Assembly (NCBI GenBank): GCA_946965045.2 | Contig: OX337229.1 | Coordinates: 5,208,001 to 5,272,000, forward strand | Direction: 5' to 3' | Length of the DNA: 64,000 nucleotides | Source: Epithemia pelagica | Lineage: Eukaryota > Protista > Bacillariophyta | Shown: positions 34,147 to 46,451 of the stretch, one piece after another | How positions within the stretch are numbered: the stretch's first letter is position 1 | Layout of the letters: every line of letters starts with the position of its first letter | Notes under the pieces: model-generated | Seen by the model: only the letters and a program-made list of their open reading frames with translations | What the model was told of the DNA's origin: nothing | The model's database searches: none | Translations under genes and position numbers: made by a program

Positions 34147-34479
34147 GTGGTGTAAGACGATCCACCAAAAGACATGCTCGAATTGGGGAGAAACATGACG
34201 ACATCTAACCTCACTAGAGACCAATAGACCTGGGACACGACACCGAACCAAGATAAATGTGAACAGAAACATTGCTTCCACATAGAACACCCTATGACTC
34301 CTTTTCTCAACATGGCAATGATGATGACCTTATTCGTGTCGAAACAGATCAAGAAACGTCTGAGAACCATGAATTAAACTACGTATACAAACCGACGGGT
34401 ATTAGCTCTAGTAAACTTCTTGTAACATTCCATTTGAACAGTGTAAACAACATGAGGTGGGGAGGCCGATTCTCCTCTT

Positions 34480-35274
34480 TTATTGCTGCAGGTCAGCAAT
34501 AGCAGTTGTTGTGCTTTCCGCCAAGGCAACCGCAAGCTCTTGAGCAAAGACTCGGGATGGATAGTTTATCGATGTCTGCTGAAAGCGAGGAGATCGTTTG
34601 ATATGCTTCGTCACTTTCTTGGATGTGGTTCCGACATGAAATGATTGAATGAACTTGACATAAGCTTTCATACGAGCCTGTTCGTTGTGATCCCAAAGCA
34701 CACTTCCCACAATGATTCGCTCCAATCCCAATATGGTGATCTCACCCTCAACTCCAATGTCCTCCTCGTGGTTGAGATACAAGTGCGCTAGTTTTTGTCG
34801 TAGAATTCGAGCTTGATCGGTGCAATTTTCGTCCTGATGGGTGTGATCAGCTCGACATCGAATCGTTTCACGACTTTCCTTGTAGAGTCTGCCCAATATA
34901 CGTCGACTTTTTGCTCCTGGGCCCGCTTTGCCCAATCGAAACAGTTGGGCCTCTTTTATTGCTTCACGCCTCATTTGTTGCAGTTCTCGGTTGGAATAAT
35001 AATAGCAATTTTCCTGTATCCTATCAGTTTCCTCTTGTGCTCTATCAACCAAAATATGACGTAAATCTTGGTGATCTGGCATATACACTTGATTGGCTAT
35101 GAGATTAAAGTGGACAGAACGAGTGGCACCTTCTTTTCTCTTGAGAATACATGCTTCGGAAGTTGAAGCTGGAGTGGTCTTGAGATTGTCGTCTGTATTA
35201 ATAGTATGAACGCAGCTCATGACCGACGACGACGAGGACTTCGATTCATCTGTTGGAGACAGCATGGTCGTCAA
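34480..35274 (-). CDS. Unnamed diatom-type family protein, paralogue 2
   Basis: SVHFNLIAN, YYSNRELQQMRREA, ILGRLY, GLERIIVG and SRVFAQELAVAL. Confidence 0.7.
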   Translation of the reverse strand: MTTMLSPTDESKSSSSSVMSCVHTINTDDNLKTTPASTSEACILKRKEGATRSVHFNLIANQVYMPDHQDLRHILVDRAQEETDRIQENCYYYSNRELQQMRREAIKEAQLFRLGKAGPGAKSRRILGRLYKESRETIRCRADHTHQDENCTDQARILRQKLAHLYLNHEEDIGVEGEITILGLERIIVGSVLWDHNEQARMKAYVKFIQSFHVGTTSKKVTKHIKRSPRFQQTSINYPSRVFAQELAVALAESTTTAIADLQQ

Positions 35275-36107
35275 ACAAGAGGTCGATCACACGGAGAGTT
35301 TAGACACGACGATGGATTTGTGATCTTTCGTCGCCTTCTCTCCACCAGAGGACGGTTTCAGGAAATGACGGAGTTGTAAGTAGTTTTCTCAAATTTTCTT
35401 GCGACGGAATCAATGATTCTTCGCATGTTGCAACCTTGCTTGGAAGAGTTTTAGCCCTCCCTCCCCTTGTAACTTGAAACCATGGGTCGAGCATCGAGCA
35501 CCGAACTCCCAACTCCCAAATAATATACACCCAATAGAATTGTGGTTTCCAATGTCTCTTTCATCGACCCAAAGTTCAGAAATAAGAAATAAGTATTAAT
35601 GTATCTTGAAGCTGCACATTTTATTCGTCAAACTTGAAATTTACTTAACAGAGAAGAAGAGAATAATGTTGAACATTGAACCGAATTTTGTCACTTGAAC
35701 TTTGAACAACGAGGAGGAGGAGCCTCTTCGATGCTCCGATTGCGGTACCGTTTTCGTGCATGATTCGCTTGTGGTCAGTCGTGGGTCGCAACAATCCGAC
35801 ACGCCAAATGGAGAGAATGGAGGATAGCGGTTTGAGTAACCAATCTTAGGCTGGAAAAGTAAACGAGTCTTGGAGAACCTTTCTGTGATAGGCATTGCCG
35901 GCTGGGCTGTATCGGGTATCGGGTCGATGTGTCGAATAGACTGGTCTGGGACGAGAGGAATTTGGGTGTGCCTCGGAGTCTAAAATGGAAAAGACACCGC
36001 GACTACCTAGGTAGAGGAAGAGGAGACAAGAATAGCACAATAGTCAACAGTCTACATTAGTTGTTCAATGATAGCTTGAATGTATGTCATTTAAAACTGC
36101 GAGGCAT

Positions 36108-36872
36108 CTAGTTTGACTCAATTTCCTCTTGCACCAACGAAGATGCCAGCGCCAGAGCAACTTCGCGGACAAATATCTGGGACGGGAGGCTTTTTTGCCG
36201 AACAAGATCTCGAATAGTACACGACGAAGAGTTGCTTTTGTCGTTTGCGAGAAGCAGCTCTTCCCATATGGATTGTTTGCGATGTTTTCGATCTTCCAAC
36301 AAGTTGGGACCAACCAAGAAGCGTTCCAAACCCAAAACAGTTGCCCCAGTATCTCCACGATAGACGAATCGACTTAAATTATGTCTCAAATGGGGAATTT
36401 CGTCAAATCGTTTTTCACAAATAGCCTGACTACTTTCTTGGTATACCCGGCCTAGTATCCGTTGGCATTGGGCAGCATTTTTGTGGTGAACGATGAATGC
36501 TCCTGCATCGTCCAGAGCCTGTTGTCTCATGTCATTGAGTTCCTCTTGACTGTACCATAAAGAAGGGGTGCAATCATCGTGAAGAGCTTCTGTCTGCGCC
36601 ATGGTTTCTATCATTTCGTTGACGTCCAGATTGAAGTGAACACATTTTCTTCTTGCGCTTTTTCCACTGTTTTTTACACTCGTCGTTTGTGCTGATTTTC
36701 CATGTCGTTGTTTTCGGTGACTGGATGTTTTCTTGTGTCGAGCAACAGTACGGCTTGTAGATGAGTCCGACGTCGAATCATCATCGTCGTCGTCATGTCG
36801 GATGACAACAATCATTTTCCCGAGGCGTCGACAATAGTTCTTGAAAGACGACGGATGGGTATTCAGATGCAT
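36108..36872 (-). CDS. Unnamed diatom-type family protein, paralogue 3
   Basis: CVHFNLDVN, WYSQEELNDMRQQA, ILGRVY, GLERFLVG and SQIFVREVALAL; start placed at Met 36872. Confidence 0.7.
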   Translation of the reverse strand: MHLNTHPSSFKNYCRRLGKMIVVIRHDDDDDDSTSDSSTSRTVARHKKTSSHRKQRHGKSAQTTSVKNSGKSARRKCVHFNLDVNEMIETMAQTEALHDDCTPSLWYSQEELNDMRQQALDDAGAFIVHHKNAAQCQRILGRVYQESSQAICEKRFDEIPHLRHNLSRFVYRGDTGATVLGLERFLVGPNLLEDRKHRKQSIWEELLLANDKSNSSSCTIRDLVRQKSLPSQIFVREVALALASSLVQEEIESN

Positions 36873-38153
36873 CTTGTTTCCAGAGTTCTCCTGCTTTGGC
36901 CTATCAAGAGGAGTTCGACTATATTGCTTTTCTGGAAGTACCTGTCTTCTGAATTTATGACGAATGAGGAGACCGAGGTCCGAGAGGCTGCGAACTTTTG
37001 CTCGATTATTGCGAATCCTGCCAACACGAAAGAGAAGACGCAGAGAACACTTTCGCTCCCTTTTTCCCGCATCAGTCGCAGAACCCACAAATCATGAAAA
37101 GGATGGGTATTGGAATATTCATCGTCTCGAGAAACAATAACAATAGCATGTTGTAGTCTTTAGGAGAATGGGGACCGAAAGATGTACTACTAAAGCGTTT
37201 GAATCGTTGATCCGTAGCGAGCATGGGTGCAATCTTGGTCGTGGTGCTCGGTTGCATCTGCTCCGGCGAGGCGCTTCTCGCAAAAATCTCAACGGATACC
37301 ATCCAAAGAGTGCCTCTTTTCTGAGGTGTTTTCTCCATGTACGGAGGAGAAATTGCAAGAAAAACAAACACGGAACGGGTTGAATGGATATGGCATAACA
37401 GCCTCGTAAAGATTGCTCTCGGCGTCCGCAGAGGATTCTTGAGATATGCATAAGGTGACAACACGTCAAAAACAACTAAACCTAGTATGGTTGGAGCAAC
37501 GTTTCGGCAATGTCGTGGCGGTGCTGTGATCTGTGCTAGTCGCCCTTCAAAAGCTTTGGCCGTGGGGTTTCTTCGCAAAATATGCAATCATTCGACATGT
37601 CAAACCGTGGTTCGTTCCACACCGGGTACAGACAGCTGCCAATCTGAGTGCGTTCTCACATCACTCTGACACTCTCTTGCATTTGGCATTTGGCTATCTC
37701 CATATCCTCGACTGACGGTTTCTCTCTGTAGCTATGTGGGTCTCCATTCTCAATGTTTGGTATTTTGGATGGAATACACGTGGAATCAAGAAATACTATT
37801 GGGTATCTTTTTCGATACTCCTGCAAAGAATCTAACCGCCGAGGATTCACTCTATGCGCGCCAGCGCAGCACTCATGACAAAAGGCGTATGTCCTGGAAT
37901 CGTTATGGTCTTGTTGATTGAATAAAAAGAGACATCAACGAGACACAAGAAAAAGAATGACGTCAGTAAATTCCAAGAAATCTTTACAATCCAGCGTGAT
38001 TCTATGGTCAAGCAAGGAGACGCGTAGAGACAACATCCCCCACAGACCCCCCAAACCTCGCATGTTCCACATTGGAACCTTTGGTTGCAAAAAGCAGTCT
38101 GGTTTGAACCAAGTCTATTAGTGTCTCTCGGATTTTCCATTGATCAAAGAAAA

Positions 38154-38939
38154 ATGAGCCCTCGACCGCAGAAGCTGTTGCATGAAATGGAAAAGATGGA
38201 GCTACTGCTGCCGTCGGCCCGTATGTGTTCCCCAGACCCTCTCCCCGAGGAGCAAACCCAAGAGGGAGGCGGAGGAGGAGTCGATAGTGCCTCAGTCACA
38301 TCGAAAGCTTCTGTCGAATTGACGAATCACTGTTTGGCTGCTCTTTGTTTCATGGAAGACCCGGCAGCGTTGGTGGAGGCGACACAGGCTGAGGCGGCGG
38401 CACGTAGCTACATGCAGGATGCACCGCGGGAATTGGTCTTTTCGACCAGGACTCTGTCCGGGAATCTGGATCCCATTGAAGAAATTGTACTCCTGGAAGA
38501 TGAAGATTCCGAAGCAGACGAATATGAATTCACGAAACCAACATCGAAACAGAGTTTGAATAATGCCTCCTCCAACTTGCGCAAAGGGAAACTAACGTCG
38601 GCATGTGGCCGACTCGCCACCCTATTTCGGTGGACACTGATTGTAGTGGTTGTACTCGCAGGTATCTTTTCGGTCCCTCCACAATCCGAGTACGTGGAAC
38701 TGTGGTGGAATAAACTGCTTCCTCTCGTCTTACCTCTTGTTCCACCCGAATGGCAACCGAAACGAAACGAGCAACCTCCTCAACGTCTCCATTTTCGACG
38801 CAACGGCCGCATGTTGGTTGTCGACCATCACTACCACAGCCATTTGGAATCGCAGCCTCCAGTGACCCATCACTTGTATTCTCATCATCACCATCAGGTC
38901 GCACCCACTGTTCCGACCAAGGAGAAGAAACGATCCTAG
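38154..38939 (+). CDS. Hypothetical single-pass membrane protein
   Basis: ORF from MSPRPQK with one hydrophobic segment (WTLIVVVVLAGIFSV) and a His-rich tail. Confidence 0.55.
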   Translation: MSPRPQKLLHEMEKMELLLPSARMCSPDPLPEEQTQEGGGGGVDSASVTSKASVELTNHCLAALCFMEDPAALVEATQAEAAARSYMQDAPRELVFSTRTLSGNLDPIEEIVLLEDEDSEADEYEFTKPTSKQSLNNASSNLRKGKLTSACGRLATLFRWTLIVVVVLAGIFSVPPQSEYVELWWNKLLPLVLPLVPPEWQPKRNEQPPQRLHFRRNGRMLVVDHHYHSHLESQPPVTHHLYSHHHHQVAPTVPTKEKKRS

Positions 38940-39423
38940 TTCATGAAAGAGAAAAAGAACTTGTAAACTCAAAGTCTAATTTTAGCGCAAAGAAGATTCA
39001 AGTCATAATATAACGACAGAGACTCCTCGTCCTGCGAATAACAGTATCAAAACAAGAGCCACTGCTTCCATCTGCTGGAAGTGACTAGTAGAAAACGTAA
39101 TTTGTAGCAGCGGCGCTTTTGATCCGAACTCGGTCGTCTCAGGTGTCAATATGATTGATCAAATAATGGTAATAATGCCATGGAATATCTCGTTTGGTCT
39201 CGGCAATAATAGTATGTGTTTGTGCGATTGTTGAGTATGGATTGGCTGTACTCAGTCATGGCCAACGGCACGATTGTCGCTATCCTTGCCGGTCGGTTGT
39301 TTGTTGAAATTGTTGCCTCGACGATTTCGAGAGCGTTAGTTTGAAGCTGGACTGAGAGGTCGAAGGCAAATCGAAAATAAATGTCCGGCGAAGTTGCGTT
39401 TCCATCGTCCGAATCTTCTCTCT

Positions 39424-42392
39424 CTACTGCATCATGCTTTGGACCAATTGCTGAATGTCAAACACGGGATGCTTGCTTTCGCGGCAGGTGCGAACAAACA
39501 AAAACGCAAATGGGACACGACACACCCATGGAGTACGAACAATTTCAGTCGCCAGTGCCGTGACCGGTTCTTCTCCTTCTTCCACGATGCTCTGCGGAAT
39601 GGCCGACTTCAATTCTAGCGTTTCGGTGTCGTCCTTGTTTGAAGAATCGTCGTCTGAAAGAAAAAAGGTATGTGAGAAACGGCAGAGAAACATACGTCTG
39701 TTATCCACCAAGGCGACCACTTCGTACCTGGTGTTTCTTCTGATGCGCTCGTCGACACCGCAGGAGGAACCGACAAGGGCGGAAGTTTTGGTTCCTCCAT
39801 TGATTCTGGCGACTGGATCGGAGGGGAAACGGGGGACTCGCGAGAGGGACGGGACGTGCTGGCAGTAGTGGTGACTGGAGCAGCTTCCTTGACTGACTGT
39901 TGCTGTGTTGGTTGGATTTGCTGTTGGGGAAGGTGAACGGAATAATAATATCCTCCTGCCGCCGCCGCAACCACCAAGACACCGGCGGCAACCATACGAC
40001 GCAATCGTTTTTGTCGTCGCTTCATTTGCCGACGCTTGAGTCGGTATTTATGGATACGATCCGAAGTGCTGGTTGTATGAGATGCCGAGGTAATGGTTCC
40101 TGGAGCCAAGGATCCATGATCGGGCATGACTTCACTAAAATCCAAAACAGCATTGCTGGAACTACGCGGTGTATCGGAGCCCAAGTTGCCATACTGAGAC
40201 GATGAAGATCCATCCATGGCACCACCAGCCGTGGACGTGGTAGCATCGGGATCAGGCGCATGCCACTGAGTGGTATTGCTGTGCTTCTCGTGGTAGTAGT
40301 CGCGTTGATAATGATCATCGTATAAGACGGTCCATTCTTCATCTGGATTCGCCGTGGGAAAGGGTCGACCCTTTTGAGCGGGCGTGGATGGTTGCGACGT
40401 GGTAACAGTGGCTTTGGAAGGCGTGTAGTCGTTGGCTCCACCCATGGCAGATTTGGCCGCACTCGTTGGTGGTTGCCCTTGAACATTGTAGTAGTTTTGC
40501 AAAATCTGTTGCATTTGTTCAGCCATGGTTTCCGCTTCAAAGGCAGCATGAGTCTGCAGCGACTGCATCGCCACCGAAGGCGAGTCACCCGCCAAGACAG
40601 CAGAGGTATTCACACTGGATGGCTTGAGCAAATTGCTTGTATCGTGTTCACCTGTTATCAATAAGGGATCCCGAGAACTATCCAAAGGATCCGAAAGCAT
40701 GGCCAAAGGTTGCAACTTTGGAGGAGAAGATAAGGGTGGTGGAATCATTCCCTTGCTCTTGTTCCCCTCCTCCAATGCACGTTGTTGCTGTTCGTCGTGA
40801 AGCTTTAATTCTTGACGAACCGCCCTGCGTTCTTCGTCCAAGAACGTGGCAACCGTCAATTCACAATCCAAAAGAATCTGGCGTGTCGTCGCCGAGTCCA
40901 CCGATGTGAGTCCACTAATCAATGAACTCAAGTCATCATCTCCTTCATTGGCATCATCATCATTGTCGTCACGACCAGATGGTTGCTGCTGCATCGACAA
41001 CAACAGGGCAGTGGATGTTCCCATGCCATCGGCATCCTCTGGTTCTTGTTTGGGTGCCGTGACGGCGGCTAGCGGAACACCTTGTGCTGTTCCCGCTTGC
41101 ATCTGATCCATAATGGGAGGCGCCATGACAGAGGTTGGTTTGGACGATTCTTCCAAGATTGCTTGATCGGTGGTAGTAAAAGACATTTCATGTGGTTCCT
41201 TCTTGTTTGCCGCAGCTTTGGGGACTTCTGTATCCTTGGTATCACCTTCTTCTGGAGCCTTTTCTGCCTCTTCTTCTTCTTGGACCACAAGAGAGGAATA
41301 CAAGGCAGCCGTTGCGTCATTTTCTTTTGTGGCAGACGAGACAATGGGTGGTTTGATTTGCCCCGTGAATCCAAACTTTTGCACATATCGTTGATACAAC
41401 AAGAGTGTTTCTCGTTCCTTTTGTTGACATTCGGCCCTCATTTGTTGAATGCGATGGTACATGTCGTCCCGCTGCGCGCGCGTGGTGGGCGAAGCGACCA
41501 AACCGGGTGTCTCGTTGCTGGGATCGCCCGAGGCCAAGGCTTGTGGCTGTGGCGACTGTGGAGGAGTGTCGGTTCGAGAAATGGTGCTCGTACGAAGAAT
41601 GGATGTTGGTTGCAAGGCGGATGATGTTCCATCTGGACCCACTGTGGTTTTGTCTTGGTCATTTGGATCGACCGTGTCCTCCCCTATTTTGGCGGCAGCA
41701 CTGGCAGCCGCTCGTGCTTCCATTTGGGCCACCGCGGCAGCCGCTGCTTTGCGTCGCTTCTCTTCCAAATCACGCAAGGCCGCATCGACTGCTGCCTTTT
41801 CGGCCGCCAATCGCTGCGTGGTTTCGGTAAAATGCCGATTTAACAATTTGGCCAATCCACGTTGTCGCAGGGCTTCCAATTCGGCTTCTTGACGTTCGGG
41901 ACGAAAGGGAGAGCGAGAGGGTGTACCGGGGGCCTTGCTGTTTTTGGCCGCAATGGGAAACAAGACATTGTCATTCTTGTCGGGAGAGGACGCTGCGGCG
42001 GCTGCAAGAAGGGCGGCCGAACTGGGCAAGGACGTTTTGTCAGGGTCGGTGGGAGCAGTCGGGTCCATGGGAAACAAGACTGTATTGGTAGAAGCTCGTG
42101 GAGCAGATGTTGCTGTCTTGGAGGGGGGTGGACTGGAACTTTGGTGACTGCTATTGCTGCGCGTCGGAGTATTGTTGTACGCGGACGAGGCGGCGTCCAG
42201 AGGCACACTGGTAGTACTCGTAGTGGGTGGTGGCGAAGACGGTGTCACGAGAATGGGATGCAAGGGCGGTCGAGTGTGGGTCGTCGATGCGGCCGTCACA
42301 ACGTCAGTGGCTTGATTGGCACCATTTTCAGGGTCCGTGACAGTACCAGATTTCGTCGAGGGAACCGAGGAATCGCTCTTGTTCATGGACAT
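39424..42392 (-). CDS. Large low-complexity protein with coiled coil, WW domain and one TM helix
   Basis: WW-like EEWTVLYDDHYQRDYYHEKHSNTTQWHAP; TM VAAGVLVVAAAAGGYYY. Intron 39654-39727 (GTACGA..TTTCAG, phase 1) joins the 39424 ORF. Confidence 0.7.
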
Positions 42393-43442
42393 GATGATGA
42401 TGCTCTTGCGATTGTTCGAAATGCTTCAAAGTTGTCGTACTAGTCAAACCCAATTGAAACAACACACGTCGGATCCAAGATACTATGTTCTTGTTTCGTT
42501 TCGTCCCACAAACAATGTGTGATCCAAGCGTTGATTTGGAATTTCAAACACAAAATGAAATCCGCAGCAAAGGTGCGTGCCGACAGTCCAACGGAATCCA
42601 ATTCCTCTTCCCAGAGCTCACAATTCCAGACAATTGGTCGTTTCGTCCTCCCCTTGGTGATGATGTCTGGAATCCAGAAATTAGACCGAATGATACTTGA
42701 GAAGAAACAGGATCCTCTAGAAACTCGTCTTCCAATTCGGTGCTCTTCGACCGCTGTGCTTCGACGACAATTCCACAAACAATTCTTGGGACTGATGAAT
42801 GCTGGTGTTCTACTTTAATTCCTTGTCGCTCTTGTCGTTCACACGAGAAACAAAAAAGATACTTTCTATATCGCTTGGTCGAGGAGCCTCGCAAAAGATT
42901 GTTCCTTCAAGCAAACAAAATGGTGTCGAAGGTGCTGCAGTGAGATATCAAAAGAAATATGAGAGAGACCGAGGAGCAAACTTCCGTCTATCTATGGAGC
43001 GCCGTCATGGCCGTTGTGTGTCGGTTGGAGGACCAAGAACAAATTAGTTAAGATGCTTCAACGTCCTGTAACGGTGATGTCAACGTGACAGGTATGATGT
43101 GGCACGATTTTTGTCCAAGGACATTCTCCTCACACGCACGCCTCTCCCTAATTCTGATGCCACCCGGCCGAGCTGGCATGCCCAGCTGCCCCCATTGATT
43201 CCTCCCTATCACCAATCACCATCGCCGGCTTTGCGTACGATCTCAATACCCAGATTTCGCTATTGTACGTTTGAGATTGTTTTCGCTTCCCCCCGCGACA
43301 GAGGACCAATGAGCACCGATGATCGATGATTCTTGTACTCCTATTAAAATGGTAAAATCTTCTTTCAGTTTTTAACACTGGGACCACTACCAGGCAAGCA
43401 TGCAAACCATACGTACTGTGTGGCACAAAAAGAAGTGCCACC

Positions 43443-44981
43443 ATGGTCATGGTGACGTTTTGGGAACGGATTAACATTGCACTTCCAAACTTGCCCTACA
43501 TGAGGGAAGATTTGAGAAAGCAAGCTGATGATTCCACAAAATGGGCAAGCCATTCACACTGCCCTCTGACTGTATCGAAGTGGGATGACTTCGATGCTTG
43601 CATTGAGGCAGCAGCCCTTCACCCGACAAGCACCGTCGCCGTTGACACCAACCTAGCACAGGAGATCTCGTCCCTGAGACTGAAGAAAGTGGAAGAAGAG
43701 GATCATGTGACACTCAACCTAGAGAGGATTCTAGAGCCACTGGCGGATCTAACATCCTTTGAGTTCTCGACAACGAACAAATCCACAAAATGTAATCCCG
43801 ACCTTATTGCGAGGCGCAGTCGTGGTCCTGTCCAGGGATCAGCATATGCGGCAAAGGAAGAACCAGCTCTGAAAAACCGCGAGCAGCAAAGGAAGGATCT
43901 CGTACAGGAATTAAGTGAACAGGTGCTGTTCACTCTCGAAACCAAACCTGCATGGAAGTTTCAGTTTCTGTTAGGAGATGACAGCACCGATATTCTAATT
44001 GACGAGTGGGAAGTTCCTGCGGGTTATAGCCCTGAAGATCTTTACAATAAAAGAGATCTTCCGGAAAACTGGTCCCATAGAAAGCAGAAAGTATTTCATC
44101 TCATCCGCCAGGTCTACGGCCAAATGATATCATCGGAACGCAAGTATGGAATCATGCACCTTTACGATGTTTGGTGGTTTTGCTGTTGCACGGAACAGGG
44201 CGAGCTAAGCATTTCTCGACCCCTTAGAAAAGAGTCAACATCGCCATCGGTCTTGCAGGCGATCGTAACTCTGGCTGGTTTCGACGACTTTGTGTTGCAA
44301 ACCGTTTCGATTCATCCTCAGTCGGCTCGAAAAGCAGACATGAAAGTAGCAGCTCAAAAACGAAAGGATTGCGTCGCTAAGAAGAGAGCTGGTCAATCCA
44401 AGAATGCGGAATATGGAGCGGGGCATCAGTCGAATCTTGCCTCAAGCATCATGATGTGGAATTGTACTCTTGTCGACGCGACGGACACGGTTCATCTCTT
44501 GACATTACAGCAGAATCCTGCCGTACCGGTGCTGGTAAAAATGCAGCGAAAGGAAAAGGAGCAGCACGTCGCTGACGAAATGAAACATGAAGCCTCGATC
44601 TATCGGGCTATGGGCGAGATGAATGACTTGCAGGATATCATCCCTGACTTTCATGGATACAGTACTCATCTTGGTGTTTCATTGCTATGCATTGGGTTGG
44701 AGGGAAGCAACTTTGACGACATTGGGCTTGAGAACATATCGCAAGAACTAAAACAGTCTGCAGCTGACAGCATGAAAAAACTTAGTGCGGCCGGGGTTTT
44801 GCACAATGATGTTGCTCTACGTAACATTGTTCAGAGCAGGGTCGACCCACGGCGAGCAAAGATTATCGATTTTGGTCGCGCGACGTTTTCAAACGACGAC
44901 CGCGAGTTACGACAACAAGTGCATTCCCTTGAGCGCCTCTTGGGACTTGGGATTGCGTGCGTGAGGGGGCAAACAGTATAG
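43443..44981 (+). CDS. Crinkler-like protein: PD-(D/E)xK/REase-like domain + C-terminal atypical protein kinase
   Basis: Kinase motifs VLVK, VLHNDVALRNIV and KIIDFG. The middle region FTLETKP...QVYGQM...YG...WWF resembles an REase-like fold. Intronless. Confidence 0.65.
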   Translation: MVMVTFWERINIALPNLPYMREDLRKQADDSTKWASHSHCPLTVSKWDDFDACIEAAALHPTSTVAVDTNLAQEISSLRLKKVEEEDHVTLNLERILEPLADLTSFEFSTTNKSTKCNPDLIARRSRGPVQGSAYAAKEEPALKNREQQRKDLVQELSEQVLFTLETKPAWKFQFLLGDDSTDILIDEWEVPAGYSPEDLYNKRDLPENWSHRKQKVFHLIRQVYGQMISSERKYGIMHLYDVWWFCCCTEQGELSISRPLRKESTSPSVLQAIVTLAGFDDFVLQTVSIHPQSARKADMKVAAQKRKDCVAKKRAGQSKNAEYGAGHQSNLASSIMMWNCTLVDATDTVHLLTLQQNPAVPVLVKMQRKEKEQHVADEMKHEASIYRAMGEMNDLQDIIPDFHGYSTHLGVSLLCIGLEGSNFDDIGLENISQELKQSAADSMKKLSAAGVLHNDVALRNIVQSRVDPRRAKIIDFGRATFSNDDRELRQQVHSLERLLGLGIACVRGQTV

Positions 44982-44984
44982 AAT

Positions 44985-45285
44985 CATTTTATTTACAGCT
45001 TTGTCCATGGTGGTTCGTGTGGCTACATTTTGCTCGGCTGCAAGAGAATTGATGGCCATGAGGAGCGTATCGTCGACAGCTCGTGCATAAAATAGGAGAG
45101 TGCCAAGAATCTCTTGAATACGATGGCATGCGGTTGCTTCAAGGGGATTAGAGGCATCTGGGAGAGGGGTAAGCTGAACTTTGGCGCCATAGACAAGAGG
45201 GGTCCATGGATGAGGTGAGTCTTGAGGTTTCAGGGGAAGTGGATGCTCAAAGCGTTGCAAAGCGAGCCGTTCCGTAAGCCAATCA
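44985..45285 (-). mobile_element. Ty1/Copia reverse-transcriptase fragment (diatom type)
   Basis: QRFEHPLPLKPQDSPHPW...YGAKVQ...IQEILGTLLFYARAVDDTLLMAINSLAAEQ; an isolated ~300-bp piece with approximate boundaries. Confidence 0.8.
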
Positions 45286-46451
45286 TCAATCACGACCACA
45301 AGATCAATGAAGCGAGAAAGATACACTCGACCTCGACACAATCGACAATCGAACCCGTTCGCGCAGGGAACAGATGACCCTCCCTCTCATTCAATCTCAA
45401 ACCATTGGAGTCTCGGTTCTACCGTAGGTAGTTCCAGAAACGAACCAGCATGGGAACAGAATCCACAAGAACAGCGCAGATCGAGCGACGATGACTTGTC
45501 AATCTATCGACAAACACAGGCGTGTTGAATGCTCGCTATGTGCGTTGGTCGACAGCCTCCCATTGAGTGTACCTCTCACCGCCGTCCTTCCAACTCGAAA
45601 TGGGACAAACCAAGAGGTTCCGTGATTCCTGGTTCTATCAGTGCTCTGCGGTCAAGCAACTCGGAGGTTATTATGAGACGATGCTTATTCCTGCGTCTTC
45701 GTATCATCAACACTACAGGATGTTTCCCCATTGCTGTACAACAATAAACCTTGTGCGAAATATTACTACCTCGAGATCAATACCTCGACAGTCACCAACT
45801 GGTACATTTGTTTTGTGACGGCAAGAGTCCGCACATGCAATCAGAACCAAAAGAAAACGGGAGCCAGAGAGGGTCACCCCCGTTAACGGTGTATTATAAT
45901 GGAGCGAGGAAGCCATCCAAGATCCAAGTGGGGGCAAGAAAGCAAAAAGGGGAAAATCACAAGCTTCATGTCGAGTCTTCTTCCTACTAAAGAACGTGTC
46001 CCGCAGGAAACATGACCATCCCGACAGTCAGTCAGTGAGTTTGCCCACATACCTCTTCCAACAAGTGAGGGGAGGTCATTTCTTGATTGGCCAACCTTCC
46101 AAAAAGAATAGAGCACGACAACGCAACTAGGTAGTATAGTTTGGCGTGTGGGCCTCCTGGTCCATTCTCGACGGCGAAGTCTTGAGATGGAGCATCCCGC
46201 AAGGTTCCGTGCTTCATTGAAGTTTCAATCGCGTTCGCAGAAAAATCCTGGGTCGCGCAGCAAGTCTTCTATATTGGTTATTGGTGTACAAGGAAGGTAC
46301 ACTGTTGTTCTGACAGAAAAATATGGCACCCAATCAAATCCCAAGATGGCGATCGCGAGACCTGCATCTTCTCATTCGCGAAAGTGAAAGGGAGTCATGG
46401 TCCACAACTCGAATGATCTTCGGATCATCATAAAAAGTCAAACAACAAATC

